A DNA stretch of 64,000 nt. Source: Phallusia mammillata (taxonomy: Eukaryota). Below, one piece after another: positions 1 to 15,300 of this stretch; position 1 is the stretch's first letter; each line of letters opens with the position of its first letter. The position numbers were made by a program, and so were the translations under genes. The stretch is from positions 18,848,001 through 18,912,000 of the forward strand of contig OZ281497.1 in NCBI GenBank assembly GCA_965637545.1, written 5' to 3'. The notes below the pieces were generated by a model. It ran no database searches. It saw only the letters and a list, made by a program, of their open reading frames with translations, and was not told the DNA's origin.

Positions 1-285
1 GACAAGTGGAAATGGGGTGCAAAAAGTACAACAAAAAGAAAAATATTCGCAATAAGAAAAAGCTTCCAGTATTTTGGATCGGCCTAAATAGTTCGACATC
101 CACATTTCCAAATGAGGATGCCCATGTCTTGTTTATTAAATCCTGACTAAGTATCTTAAGTTAGGAACAAAGTGTTGAGTGTATGTTTAATAACCTATGG
201 AAAATAAAAGACTGCACTTGTTTGGGCTGTGTAAAGGTTGTATGGGGCAGGCCAATTGTCGTTACCAGTCGTTAGATCGTTTCAA

Positions 286-1754
286 TTAAAAGTAGTCGTC
301 GTCGCCGCCGCCGTTTGCGTCCCCACCAAAGTCATCCTGGTCATAAGCGTCAAAATCACCAAGGTTGTCAAATGCAAGGTCGTCACCGTAATCTAGGTCG
401 TCGAGATCGTCGTTGCAATACTGATCCATGGTGTCGGTATTAAAAAAACTCGCAAAATTGTCCTCATCCCCATCGCGCGGCGCTACGTCACAGTCGTCGC
501 TTTCGTAACGGTCTTCCTCTTCATCGAAAAACAACCTTTTCTCGTCTTCGCCAATGCTGGAAAGTATACAGAAACGTAATAATTTTTAAAAACAGGCGAA
601 TGAGGCCAGTTTGCAAGCTCAGAGAGGTCGTTTTCCAGTCACTTTTATAACAATTGATGCAAAGCATTCTTTCTTTAATGATAAAAAGAACTGCCCAAAT
701 AGATGTAAAAAGCGACATGTTTTATTGTTACAACGTTTTGGCAAATGCTCAAGCCATCATCAGTGATATTTGGGCCATTATTTTTATCATCAAATTTATG
801 AACAGATTTATATGTAGTGTTCCAAATTGACATGTAGTTTTAAATAAACATTTTTTTTCACTAAAAGATTTTACCTATCCTCGTCATCTGGATAATCATT
901 TTTCCAATGATCCTCATCATTGCTATCTTCATCCTCATCATAATAAGTTTGCTTTGTTATGTGCGACTCATAGCAAAGATTGAGATCTCTGTCAAACAGG
1001 CGGAACAAAATTACATTTATTGCTTTGGAATTAAAATTCGCTTAAAAGTGTTCATATACCTGCATGGTTGAACATAAAGGATATCCTTAACTGACCATGT
1101 GGGCTGAGTTCCTTGACAATAATATAGGTCATACACAAATTCATCATCTTCTCGTTTAGGTTCAGAAAGACAAAGTTTCTCTCTCAGCATTTGCACTGAG
1201 TTACAGAGGATATCTTCAGGCTTTATAGAGGAGTTGCACTTTTTAGTCTCTTGCTCTTCCACATCCAAGATTGGAGTGAAATACGTTGAAAGTTTCCGCG
1301 TGTCTGTGTGGATGGCCTCACATGGCTGGGACGGTGATTCTGTTGTTTTGTTTTCTGAAGTTTTAATTTTTGGGTGAGCACTAACAAATTCAGGGTTTCT
1401 GGATGAAACCCGCAACAGCTTGTATCTTGCACATTCATCTTGGTGCGAGTGATCAGCTGGGACACCAACCACTGATCTTTTGTGAGAAGTCAAGGGCCGT
1501 GTTTTGTAAATGGAGTTTAATTTGCTGTGCAAAACAATGGCATCTTTTACTTTATTTTTGACAGCCTCATCCATTTTGGCATTTAAGCCCACTGTGGTTG
1601 CGAATCTGAAAACATTTTCTTCGATTTGAATGATGTCAGCCATTCCACTGTTTCCACGGAAGTGCTCATCCTGCTTTATCCGCTTGCTTGCAAGAAGAAG
1701 TGCTTCCACTGGTTCCGCATGGCGCTTGCGCTTGACTCTTATCACTGTTGCCAT
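286..1754 (-). CDS. SLC7A6OS: SLC7A6OS / Iwr1-family RNA polymerase II nuclear localisation protein, 3 exons (1754-1060, 988-875, 556-286)
   Basis: N-terminus MATVIRVKRKR..EPVEALLL. The Iwr1-like block 'EFVYDLYY' and 'YYDEDEDSNDEDHWKNDYPDDED' spans exons 1-2, followed by an Asp-rich C-terminal exon ending DDDYF*. The GT-AG junctions keep frame (both phase 2). Confidence 0.85.
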
Positions 1755-3118
1755 TATAATATCATGTGCTCACCTATACTGCTTTTAACAATACTGCAAT
1801 ACACATAACTTAAAGGTTAAGACAATTGTTTTCCGACACCAACATCTTTTGTTGAGTGACCTGATCTGCAACTGACTGCACAACATGATAAGTGTACTAT
1901 TGAACCCCTTTAATTGTAAATGTATCTTTGCCCTGTCTTGTTGATTGCAAAGAAGTTGCAATTTTCCTGTTATAAACCAGAAAGGAAAAAAATCTTCATG
2001 CATCAATTATTAATGCTTCAAAAGCTGATTTCCCTTGAGACATATTGGATTGACACACAAATAAAATTATCAGCCTGTCTATCACGCCAGGTCACTTAAA
2101 AACACATAGCCTTTTTGACAGTAATTTAATGTTATCAGCCTCCATATATTTAAAAGAATGGCAACAATTTTATGATTTAGTTCATTTTTTTTCCATTTTG
2201 TTAATTACTTGAAAATTAGTTTCATATAACTTTTACCTAATTTTTTTAATTGTGTTGTGCCCCATAAATTTAACAACCTTCTTTAAACAATTAATACCAA
2301 CTTAGGTTTTGGACAATTGAAACAAGAAAAACGTAAAATTAAATGAGTTTCCTCAAAGAAGGCGTACCATGATAAAGTTTTGTAAATAAGCTTGAATTAA
2401 AACCATATCAAAAACAAAACAACTTGGTAACACACGATCAACAATCCTTGCCTGTTCCATGTTTATGCTGTAAACTACAGATAACCTATCAAGCCTCGAA
2501 ACTTATTTCGGTCTTCATTATTTTGCCGACAAATAAATTGGCTGTATTTGTTACGCGGGCAATCTTAGGAACCACGTGGGCTGAAATACCAATCAAAAAT
2601 AAACCAGTTACCTGAAAACCTTGCTTTCTAAGTGATTCACTTATTTCTTTTGGGGCCCAAACTGGAAAACTTTCGTAGTCTGTCGCAACATCAACGCAGT
2701 TTCTCATCGTCTCAGAAAGACGTTCCACAAACAGTATTCCGCCACTATTAACAAAGTTCCCGTACGACCTGCGAATCGGGTACTCGATCGCTCACATACA
2801 AACCATTAACGCTAGCTAGCGGAAAGAGTTTTGTTGCTGATGTTGGCCGTGTTTGCAACCAGTTGGTGAATCCAAACACGCTAAAATTTTGGGTGGTAAT
2901 GCATAAATAATTAATAATCTAAATTTAATATTTTTGGTATAAAGGACATAAAAATATCAAGGAATAGTAGTTTTTTTGTCAGTTCCTTGTAACTTGTATT
3001 CAATGAAGCGTAACGCATCATAACAAAGGTTGAGATCAGCTGATTTGCAGATTTTTATGCAGGTTGTTGAAAATCTGGAAGTTATAAACGCGAAAGTCGA
3101 ACTGGTTATACTTTATAG

Positions 3119-5150
<2,032 letters not shown>

Positions 5151-6332
5151 AAGCAGCTTTTCTAACTTGGTCCAAGAATATTTTGGAAAAAAAACTAAAT
5201 GCATTTGATTTCCTCCAAAGTTCTATGTTAGTTCAGTGAACAAAAAATGCTGGTCCTTAACTGTCAGTGTTTTTCCTCCTAATGATCCCAACTGAGTACT
5301 GCCAACCTGTCCAGAGTCAAAGGCATTATTTTGTGTTTATGGTTGTACTATTTCTGTTACTCTTTGTTAAGTTGTATCATGAATAATGGCACTTTGAAAG
5401 GTTTGGGGAATTTACTTTTTCTGAACTTACACAAAAAGGGTTGGACAGCAACGATTTTCAGATGCAGACCTCTATTACAAATATCAATCAGAGTTTGTTT
5501 TATTTTTTGCACTAAATGTATCATGTGAATACAAAACTGTGGAGATACATGAATATGTAACCTTGTTGTTGAACCTAAAATACTCTCTTGAGCTGATCTA
5601 TTTGGATGGATATAATTTATTTCCATATACAATTCAACAAAAAACATGTCGCATATGAAATTATCAAAATCGTGAGATTAGGCAAATCACTCAGACATCT
5701 ATGAACAGATAACACCTACTGTAAGTACATAATACAAGATTCGGTCATATATATGAAAATACTTGTAGAGCCCAACTGCATTTTTTTAAATCTGAACTTC
5801 GAAAAATTGTGTCACAGTTCAAAATTTGTTAGCGAATTATACAGTACCACTCAGTAGTGAATAACTACTACCATGCATGGCAAGCATGTCTTCACTGTTT
5901 CTAGTTTCAATATCCCTAAACAAAAATACAAGCGCAGATCGGTGCAAATAAAAGCCACAACAAAAAAGTGCATAGTTGACTGCACACAATAATACAGGTT
6001 TGCTAAATGTTTCCCTGGAATTTACAGCATATTCAGTAACAACCATTGGTCAAAATATAAAAATATTATGCAACAATCTCCACAATTGAACACTATGCTT
6101 CCAGTCTAGTAACCGTCCATATTAAAGTATTTTACTAAACTATACTTAATATAAATCATGGAATGTTCTACAGTATAATAAGGTTTTGAAAGACCACACC
6201 ACAAAACTATTACACATAATTATATCCAAAGCAAAATACAGAGAAACTGCACATTATCTTTATGGCTCTTAAAACATGTTGAACATTGGGATACAAGTCT
6301 TCACTGAAGAAAAACGTTTACAAGCACCAGAA

Positions 6333-9300
6333 CTACTTTTTCCAACGAAACATAGTTGGGCTAGGAGGAGCTTTAAACTTAATTTGGTCCCATGTGGTTA
6401 GTATCTTTTTGCGAGCATCATCAGCACCAGATGTTACAACTTGGCCTAGCGGCAAACCTCCAATGCTGCCAGAGCCACGATGGAACATTCTCGGGCTATA
6501 ATAAGTATACAAAAAAGTTAGAAATATATGAGTTTAGATGCATCCAAATTATTTTTGTGACTATTTAAATACCCAAGAACAGCAACAACAACAGCATGCA
6601 AAATCTATAAATAATAGGTTATTTGTAACTAAATCAAGGGTACCCAATATTTTTACACATGTACCCAGACTCTAAAATTACACTCCAGTAAATATACTGA
6701 CAACTTTAATACAAAGTTACCACTTGAATTTAGTGCATAATCAAAACATACACATTGAGTTGGAAAACAAAACTTGAATGACAAACTTAAAACTTGGTGC
6801 TGTACAAATTCATATTACATATACTTACAACATCAAGTGCAATCTTCATGAAATAGCAAGACTTAAAAGAGCCTCGTAAATTTTTTCTTGGTTTGTTTAT
6901 GGCTTGCAGAATCAACACTGCATGCAAGTGGACGACAACATAAGTACAAGGACAACAACAAACATGAAATAATTTACAGATGTGTTAATTACCTGCCCTC
7001 AGAAACAATGCTACCCCTTTCAAGTTTTTGTTCCACCTCATTAAGCAATGATGACACTTCATTCTGGACAACAAAACGTGTTGTTTGTTGCGATATATAC
7101 AGATATGTAAAACTGCAAACTTACAGAACGTTCTGGATGCATGGTTTCAATATCCAAAAGCAGACACTTAAGAGCTGGTAAGAATGATCCATGCAGCAAA
7201 TTTGTTGGTATGACTTTGATCGTGAAGTCAAGTACAATATATTTTAAAGTGATATAAATATAACAGACAATTTGCCAACTTCTACACATTAATTGTGCAA
7301 GTTACCTGATTAATACCTACCATGCACCAAAAACGTTTACCAAAAAGAGAAACAAGTGTAAATCTTCCTTGATTTGTTTAAATTGTTTTTACTTAAAAAT
7401 AACAAAAGCCGACAACCTAAAGCATGTATTTGAAAGGATACAGCAGCATGAAAGGTTGGTGTATGTCTCAAGCAGCAAAAGGGCAATTTCAGATCGTTTT
7501 GAGCGATCTTTCTGCTGGCTGTTGCTGGCTGCAATTACCACAAGATGGGGCAAGAGAACTGTAGGACAACAAACAAAATTTCAAATTATTCCTTTAACAT
7601 TTAAAAACAAACAATGTTTGTCTTACATTCATCCCTGAATTTGGGATGAGCAGTTGGGGCAATTTTACAAGCAGTTGTTACAAGTTGAAGTTGCACCGAG
7701 TGCAATCCAAGCAGTGTGCCGTCATGTGAGTGCTCATGGTAACCACTGGTACTTGCTGATACTACATCAATCATTTGGGTTATGACACGCTCAACAGCAT
7801 CGGCTGTTACTGAAGGATTTTCAACCACTGATGCAAAAGCAGGAATTGTTGCCACTCGAACTTCTCTGTAAATTCAAAATTATATTTTTATTTTTTACCA
7901 AAGCTAGTTCAAACTTCAAATATCAGCATTTTTAACCATGTGCAAATAAATGTAGTTTTTTTTTCAGCTAAAATAAATATACAACCAGCTATTATCAATT
8001 TACAGTTTATTCAAAGGCATAGATTAACTAACATGGTTTCATCTGTTGACAATGTAATAAGTGCTGGTAGTATCCGCGATGACAAAACATGAGCTTTTAC
8101 ATCAGCAGTTGTCATCACAATGCTAAGTTGTGCCGAAGCTGCTCTTACAAGAGGTGACTCATGCATCACCCCAGACCACAACACTTGCACAATGGCATCG
8201 TGATGTTGAGGATTTGATCTAAAACAAAAAAATAAATCTTAAAACATCATTGGATATTTTTTGGAATTTTGAATAAACCGTGGTAAAAAAATCTAAAAAA
8301 ACAACACAGAATTTGGAAGATTCAAACTTAGAATGGAAACTTACAGGAAAACTCATATTTTGTATTACAGGTTCATTAAATAAGGTTTTTGGTAAGTAAT
8401 TCACTCTAAGACATAAAAGGGAACTCAATTATCGTCGACAATTTCTTATGATGAATAATGCTTATTGAAGAAAGCTGGGTGTATTGACGTCAAATTACAT
8501 CACAAGGTGCATGACAAATTCTTAGTTTGTTCATTATGTCTGAACTTTGCTTGACAGGAGGAAAGGAAGGATTGAAATGGAATGGATTATTCACACACAC
8601 AGGGCTACCAAAATACTCCTGATCTTATCATCAGAACAAAGGTAGCAGTACTTTTGGTTCTTATCAAGCCATTAGCTAAAGGCAAATGCCCAAAAGTCTT
8701 TTGAATAGGGAATTTATTGCAGAAAATTATGATTTTTGGATATTGTGCAGTGTAATTTTCACCAATTTATTTTCCGTTAGTAAGCTGTACAGGTTGAGAA
8801 TGTCTGGAATAAAATTTAGTGTTCTTATCCTGGTAAATCTTCTACACTGCACAATATTTATAAGTGCTTGTCCAAGCAAATGTGTCTGTGCTGGGCAACT
8901 TGTTAACTGCAATAATGCTGACTTATTTGATATTCCTAGCAATGTACCAAGGGATACCAAAGGCTTCACAATGGCATTCAACAAGTAAGTCTATAGCAGG
9001 GATGGGCAACCTGCGGCCTGCGGCCCTTCATTAAAGCTTGTGCGGCCCACAGTGACGCTTGGATTTTACTGGCAAAGTACTGGCAAACGAGTCCAATTAT
9101 TACATATTTTTGAGCGGATTAATGCGTCTGATGCTAGGTTTCAGCGATCTGGCAAAATGTGGCTAGAATCAAATACAAATTATACTTGTAGTTAAGTTTT
9201 TTTGGTACGAAACAAAGCAAAATCACTTTGTGTGATGAACATGTGTGGCCCTCGATCCAATTTTGACATTTATAATTGGCCCTACAGTAACAAAGGTTGC

Positions 9301-12300
9301 CCACCCCTGGTCTATAGCATGACTCCCTCTATAAAAAGTTATGCTAACTTTGTTTGCGATTAAGTGCTTATTTCTTTGGTTCGCTGTGATAAAGTTTTCA
9401 CATTATAGTTGAAATTTTTCCAAACCTAAGTTGACATATTGCATATTTGCAGAATAACTAGACTGGAAATCACCAATGGAGAATATGTGGCATCAATATT
9501 AAACTCAGGAGATTGTGAAAACAGTCCCTTTATGAGCATTACAAGTATTGATCTTTCAAATAACGTGATCAGTGAAATACACAGCATGCTGTTATTTCTT
9601 GCTTGTCACCTAGAAGATCTTACTTTGGACAACAACTGGATTACAGAATTAGTCAGTCCACAAAATGATACTTTTGGACCATTTGAAATGCTACACTCAC
9701 TGCGACGGCTTTCCCTACACAACAATCGAATATTTCATGAGTTGAGAGGGATGAATTTCAAGTCTTTGACCTTATTGAAAAAACTCGATCTCAGCATGAA
9801 TATGATTCCTTCAGTGGCTAACAGTGCATTCACAAATACTCCACACCTTACAAAGATAAACCTGAGTCACAATAGAATATCATTTTTGGAGTCTGGCTGC
9901 TTTAATAATCTATTGCTGCTTAAAACTTTGGACCTCTCCCACAACAATTTGCAAGTCTTGAGCACAAGTGTATATAACAACCAGCTTTCTGGACTGGGTA
10001 GAGTCAATGTATTGGATTTTTCACACAATAAGATACACAAAATGGATGACAACCTGCTTATTAACATGGTGTATTTGCAGTTAGTGAATATATCCCATAA
10101 CAGAGTAACCACTCCACAAGCGTTTGTCAGTAATGCTTCATTTGTTGTCGATACCCGAAACAATCCAGGTAACTCATCATGTCCAGCATGGAAAAGTCTT
10201 GTATTGGAACAAAGCAGAGCAAGACTGGTCTGCCAAGAGGTGGAAGGTCATTATGTGGCAAAGGTTATAGGTCAGGCTGGTACCATGTGCACAGTAAGCA
10301 GCGAGTGTACATGCACAAGTTTGCATGACTTAAAAGTTCTCTGTGGCTTTGCGGAAGAAGAAAACCACATTTCAATTCAAACCATAGTCATTATAACTGT
10401 TGTTTCTGCAATTGTTCTTATCGGCTTAATCCTTACAATCATTATGATATATAGAGTAAAAAGAATGCGAGGGATGGATTTGCAAAAAAAAATGAGGAAT
10501 GAAAACAACCAGCAAAGTCAAGGCTCAGGAGTTTCTGAATGGAGGAGGCAAACCTTACGGCGCATACGACGGCCAATTCAGAGAAGCGTCCATGCACCAC
10601 CTATCAGCAATGTTGAGAGTCTGTCTATTCGACACATCTACTACAGTATAAAGTATGATGAAGAACAAAACAGCTATTCTTCCGCCCAAACCAATGAACG
10701 AATCTACAGTGAGATTAAGCAGGTTTTGAGAGGGGAAAGCCAGTATGGACACAGAAGCATAACTGAAAAAGATGAATATATAGAAGTTCAGGACATATCG
10801 ACACACACAAGTTCACCACAAAGTGAAGCTACTTTAGGTGCAGATGATTTTGTGATAAGAGGACAATATTGCATTCCTTTGGGTCAAACAGTGACCAAAT
10901 CACCAGTTTTGGAAAAATCAAGTCCCAGTGTGGCAAAACCTGTATTAAGTGATACAACACCCAATTCAAGTGGTACTGTTCCCCGACCTCATTTTTTGCC
11001 TTTGATGCCTACTACTTTTCGCCAAAAAACAGGCAATAGTGTTTATGAGCAGCCAATGGCACACAATCGAGCATCGTATTTTGAAATAAGTCCTTAATCC
11101 TTTTATTAAGTTTATGCTCTGAACTGAATTGGTTTACAAAGTGAATGTAGAAGCATTCTTTAGACTTTTGTCGCCTTCAACTTCTTCATTTATGAGCCGC
11201 AGTACAAATGTTCAGCTCGATAAATTTTTCAATTCACAATATTTAACCCTTATACTTAGTCTTCCAAAGTTTCCAACAACTTGGTTGAAGACATGTTAGT
11301 GAATGTATTTCTTTTTTTGCCTTCATACAGTTCTGTTGTCCTATCGTTTAGCCATACTGATTTGATTAATGTTAAAATATATATTGTTTGTTTCCTTTTA
11401 TTTTGTGTGTATTTGTGAGCCTGCAAAAACTTCTTTTGATATTTTTGTGAAGTACCTTTGTTTGCATTTTCCCTCATGTCAATGTGTTTATACCTTACCT
11501 TTTAGAAAAATATGTTTCTCACATGGTGACATAACTAAGAAACGATTTTCTTTTCTTCAGTTACCATTAAACATAAAGGTAAAAAAGTTTACAAACTGTA
11601 CTGTATATAAACTGTACATAAATTGTCCCACTTCTGGTATATTGTTTCTAACATGAAAACCTTATTATTATGACATTCTGTTTTGGGCATTTCACTCCAA
11701 ATTTGGCAAGCGTAAATATATTCTTCTCTGAATTTTTCGACAGTTTGAAAGAAATGCAGAAAAATTAGGTTCACAGTTCTAGTAGATTACAAAAAAGTGG
11801 TGATATTTGAAAATTTTTGCTCACCTTAATGAAGTCAATGTTGATAACATAGCTGTCATTGAAAGCTCCGATTTTGACAAGGATACAATGGATTGTAACA
11901 AAAACTCATTCAATGTTGGCACTGACTGTACCAAAATCATAAACAAACATTAAAGGCCGAATATTTATTCAATCTTGAGTAAGATATGTTGTACTTACTT
12001 CACTATTTAGAGATGAAATAGTTGCTACATAAACTGGCAATACACATGTAGTATGGTTTTCTGGACACTCTTCCAGAAATGAGACGAACCTTTTCCATAC
12101 CTTAGTTGACATCAATAGTAAATTAAAGTGATGAAGCATCTGCTTAAACCGTTTAAAATATTGACTGTACCTTGTTTTCATAGAAAATACTTCCAAAAAT
12201 ATTTTGAAAACTTAAAATGAAATCACACAAACATTTGACAATTGGTTGTGAAGAAGGATCAGCAAATTTGCAAATCTTTAAAAATCTTGGAATGCTGAAA

Positions 12301-15300
12301 AGTATCAGTAAAAAGTTAAGACTATTTTTTCAAACATTTCTATACATAGCAAGTGATCTTTACAGTCATTTTTTCTCACAATGTGCAGATGAAGAAGTAG
12401 TTAATGGGTAAAGTAACTAGAATAGTGGTTTTCCTATATATTGCCAGTTTATATATACTACATCATATTTAACGATGTATCACATATACCATTTACTATA
12501 TTTATAATAGATATATATTTGGCACCTACATTTCATTGGGTCCCTATCTTTTTTCTGGCACTTTATACCATAATTGTTTCGGCAAGCATAATCTAATGCA
12601 GTGGTTCTTAACCTTTTTATAACGGCCGAACCCCTACGATATTCTTCAGCCTTTGATCGAACCCCAAAGTTACATCCTATGTTTTTAACCCATTTTGTTT
12701 GGTGGATCATAATTAGTTTTTGTTCAAACGTAGTGGCAACAGTTATTGTTTGTCATTTTATTAAATTCTGACTTCATAATACAAGCAACTTGTTTCATGA
12801 TTGCTTTAATTCCGGCAATTTTTAGTTTTTACCAAAATGAAGCATTGTATTTTTAGCATCTGTACACAAACATGAAAAAGATGAAGTAATAAGTTTTTGC
12901 TGCCAACAAAATTTCGTTGCTTTCTGCTTACGAACAATGGGAACAATGCTCTTTGTTACGTCAAAAAAAGAAAATAAAACCTTAGTGCAGGGGTGCACAA
13001 CCATTTTGCTAGGACGGCCGCATCACAGATTCTTATTTCACCGACGGCCGCCATTTACCTGCTTATTTTTGTTTCAAAATACTTGGTTTATATCATGTAT
13101 TTACCATCTCATAGCGCCCAAAAAGCCCAGATTAATTTCTAGCTCGGTGCACAGATTGAGCTGCACAGCGAGGAGATCAGTCTTAAATGTTTATGATGTC
13201 ATAATCTATATTGTGATGCTTGTGGTACCTGTTTTGTTCGCATTGTTGGCACACAATAGGCGTACAAAAAGTCTGACACATATGGTTATTAGGCTGGTAA
13301 TACTCTTTTTAGTACCACAAAAACTGTTTAGAGCAGTTTAAAACACCCCTGCCTAAGTTTAACCTTCCAGTGTTTTGAAATTGAGCAAATACAAATTGCC
13401 GTTTTTAGCAACTATAGACCCTAAAGTTTGACAAAAACGAGTATTTGTATTGTACTTCAAAAAGAACTACGTCGAACCCCTGATTCGGCGTTGCCGAACC
13501 CCGGTTAAGAACCACTGATCTAATGGGTCCCCAAACATGTGCATATGCAATTTGGTAACAGTAAAAATAGGGCACAATCATTGTTAAACTGGAATAATGG
13601 TTTGCCTATTTTTTCCATTTTACAGAAACTGTGCCATATTTACGCACCATTCATTATAATTGTAAGGGATATATATTTGATGGATACATTCAGTATGGTA
13701 CCAATACTTTTGTGGCCTGTTATAACATCATTGTTTTGCAAGCAAAAACCAATGGGTCCCCACAAACACATATATTTTGAATTTGTAACAGGATGAATGG
13801 CGCATGCATATGCTAGGTAAGAATTTGAATTGCACAGATGACATTTGTCGTGTTAAAGAAATATTTATAAACTTTTGTTTTGTAACAGTCACAGCCCTTT
13901 GTTTGTTGAATTATGATTTTTAATCCGCACAGCGTTCCCTGGTGCCGTTAAGTTTCCACATACCAACAATACGATTGCTTAGCTGGACTTTTTATGTCCA
14001 AAACCTGTTCTGAAACAGTTTTATTAACGCTTTCAGTTCAAGAAGTCACGTTACACAGGTGTAACAAATCGTGCTGCGTTGTCGCTCTGCGTTTCGAAAC
14101 ACGAATAAGTTGACCTACATTAACGTTTACAGCGCAATATAACTAACATCGCAACATCTTAATTCCAACCAGTGAGAAAATGGTCAAGTGACGACTGCGT
14201 TCATGCGTGAAGCAGAGGCATTTTTTCCATGCGCCACAATTGTCAATCACTCCCATTGCGTCAGCTGTGCACTGAGTGACAGGCAAATACGGTCATGACG
14301 CCATACACATCGCCTGTTTGTTGATCAAAACGACGTCATACACACACCCCTTTTTGTTGATCAAAACGTGGGAACAAATCCGAGTTAAAAATTTCACGTT
14401 TTGGGGGCTGTGGGTGAACCGAGGGATCAAATGGGGTCAAAATTCACATGGACCATCTTTAGACCAATATCTATAATGTGTGTAAATTTAAAAAAGTTTG
14501 AACCATTTTTTGTTGACCAAAACGTGGGAACAAATCCGCATTAAAAATTTCACGTTTTAGGGGGCTGTGGGTAAACCGAGGAATCAAATGGGGTCAAAAT
14601 TCTCATGGACCATCTTTAAACCAATATCTATAATGTGTGTAAATTTGAAAAAGTTTGAACCATTCTTTGTTGACCAAAACGTGGGAACAAATCCGCGTTA
14701 GACGGAAAAAAAGAAAAAAAAATATCGACAAAAACAATATGGGTCCCCTTCAGGGAAGGGGACCCATAATTTGCTTTCAAACACAAGAAAAATGTCCTTA
14801 CAATTGGTTTACAGTCCATGACAGCAGTTCATATCCCTCCAATTTAGCATCATTTTCAACAAGTTGATCAAATGACTGTATCAACTTATTGCACTTTGTT
14901 TCATCACCAACAATAGTACGGGGGTCATTGAGTTCATGTTTGAAAGGTGGAAGTTCATGCACTGAGGCAGATGTTTCTGCAAAATAGGTTGTTTAAGTTT
15001 TTTTTTTTAACAATTGACTAAAAATTAAGTTCAGATAAAAGAAGTAACTGCAGTACCTATGCTAGGGTTGTCATTTGCTTCTTGTATTTCCAAAAGAACG
15101 GCTGAGTACAGATAGGATAACAAGTTATACACTGGGACGAATTCTTCTTCAGCAATTGATGCATAAGCATAAGTATCTTTTTGATTCTGAAAATTATAAA
15201 ATAAATTTGAAAAACTCGATTCATGTCACACAGCAAAGGAAAAATAATCTTACATGATCGTTTAGAGCATTTTCAAGGTCAGACAAAAGTTGGTCATAAA

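Noticed and set aside
2489-2728. 79-aa minus-strand ORF (72 aa from ATG) upstream of SLC7A6OS as a separate or operonic gene
   Set aside because: I recognised no family, and I could not phase its apparent donor (CAG|GTAACT) to any downstream open exon. It may be a uORF or chance.
14355-14700. CRISPR-like array
   Set aside because: Whole units are repeated with no unique spacers, in a eukaryotic intron with no cas genes.
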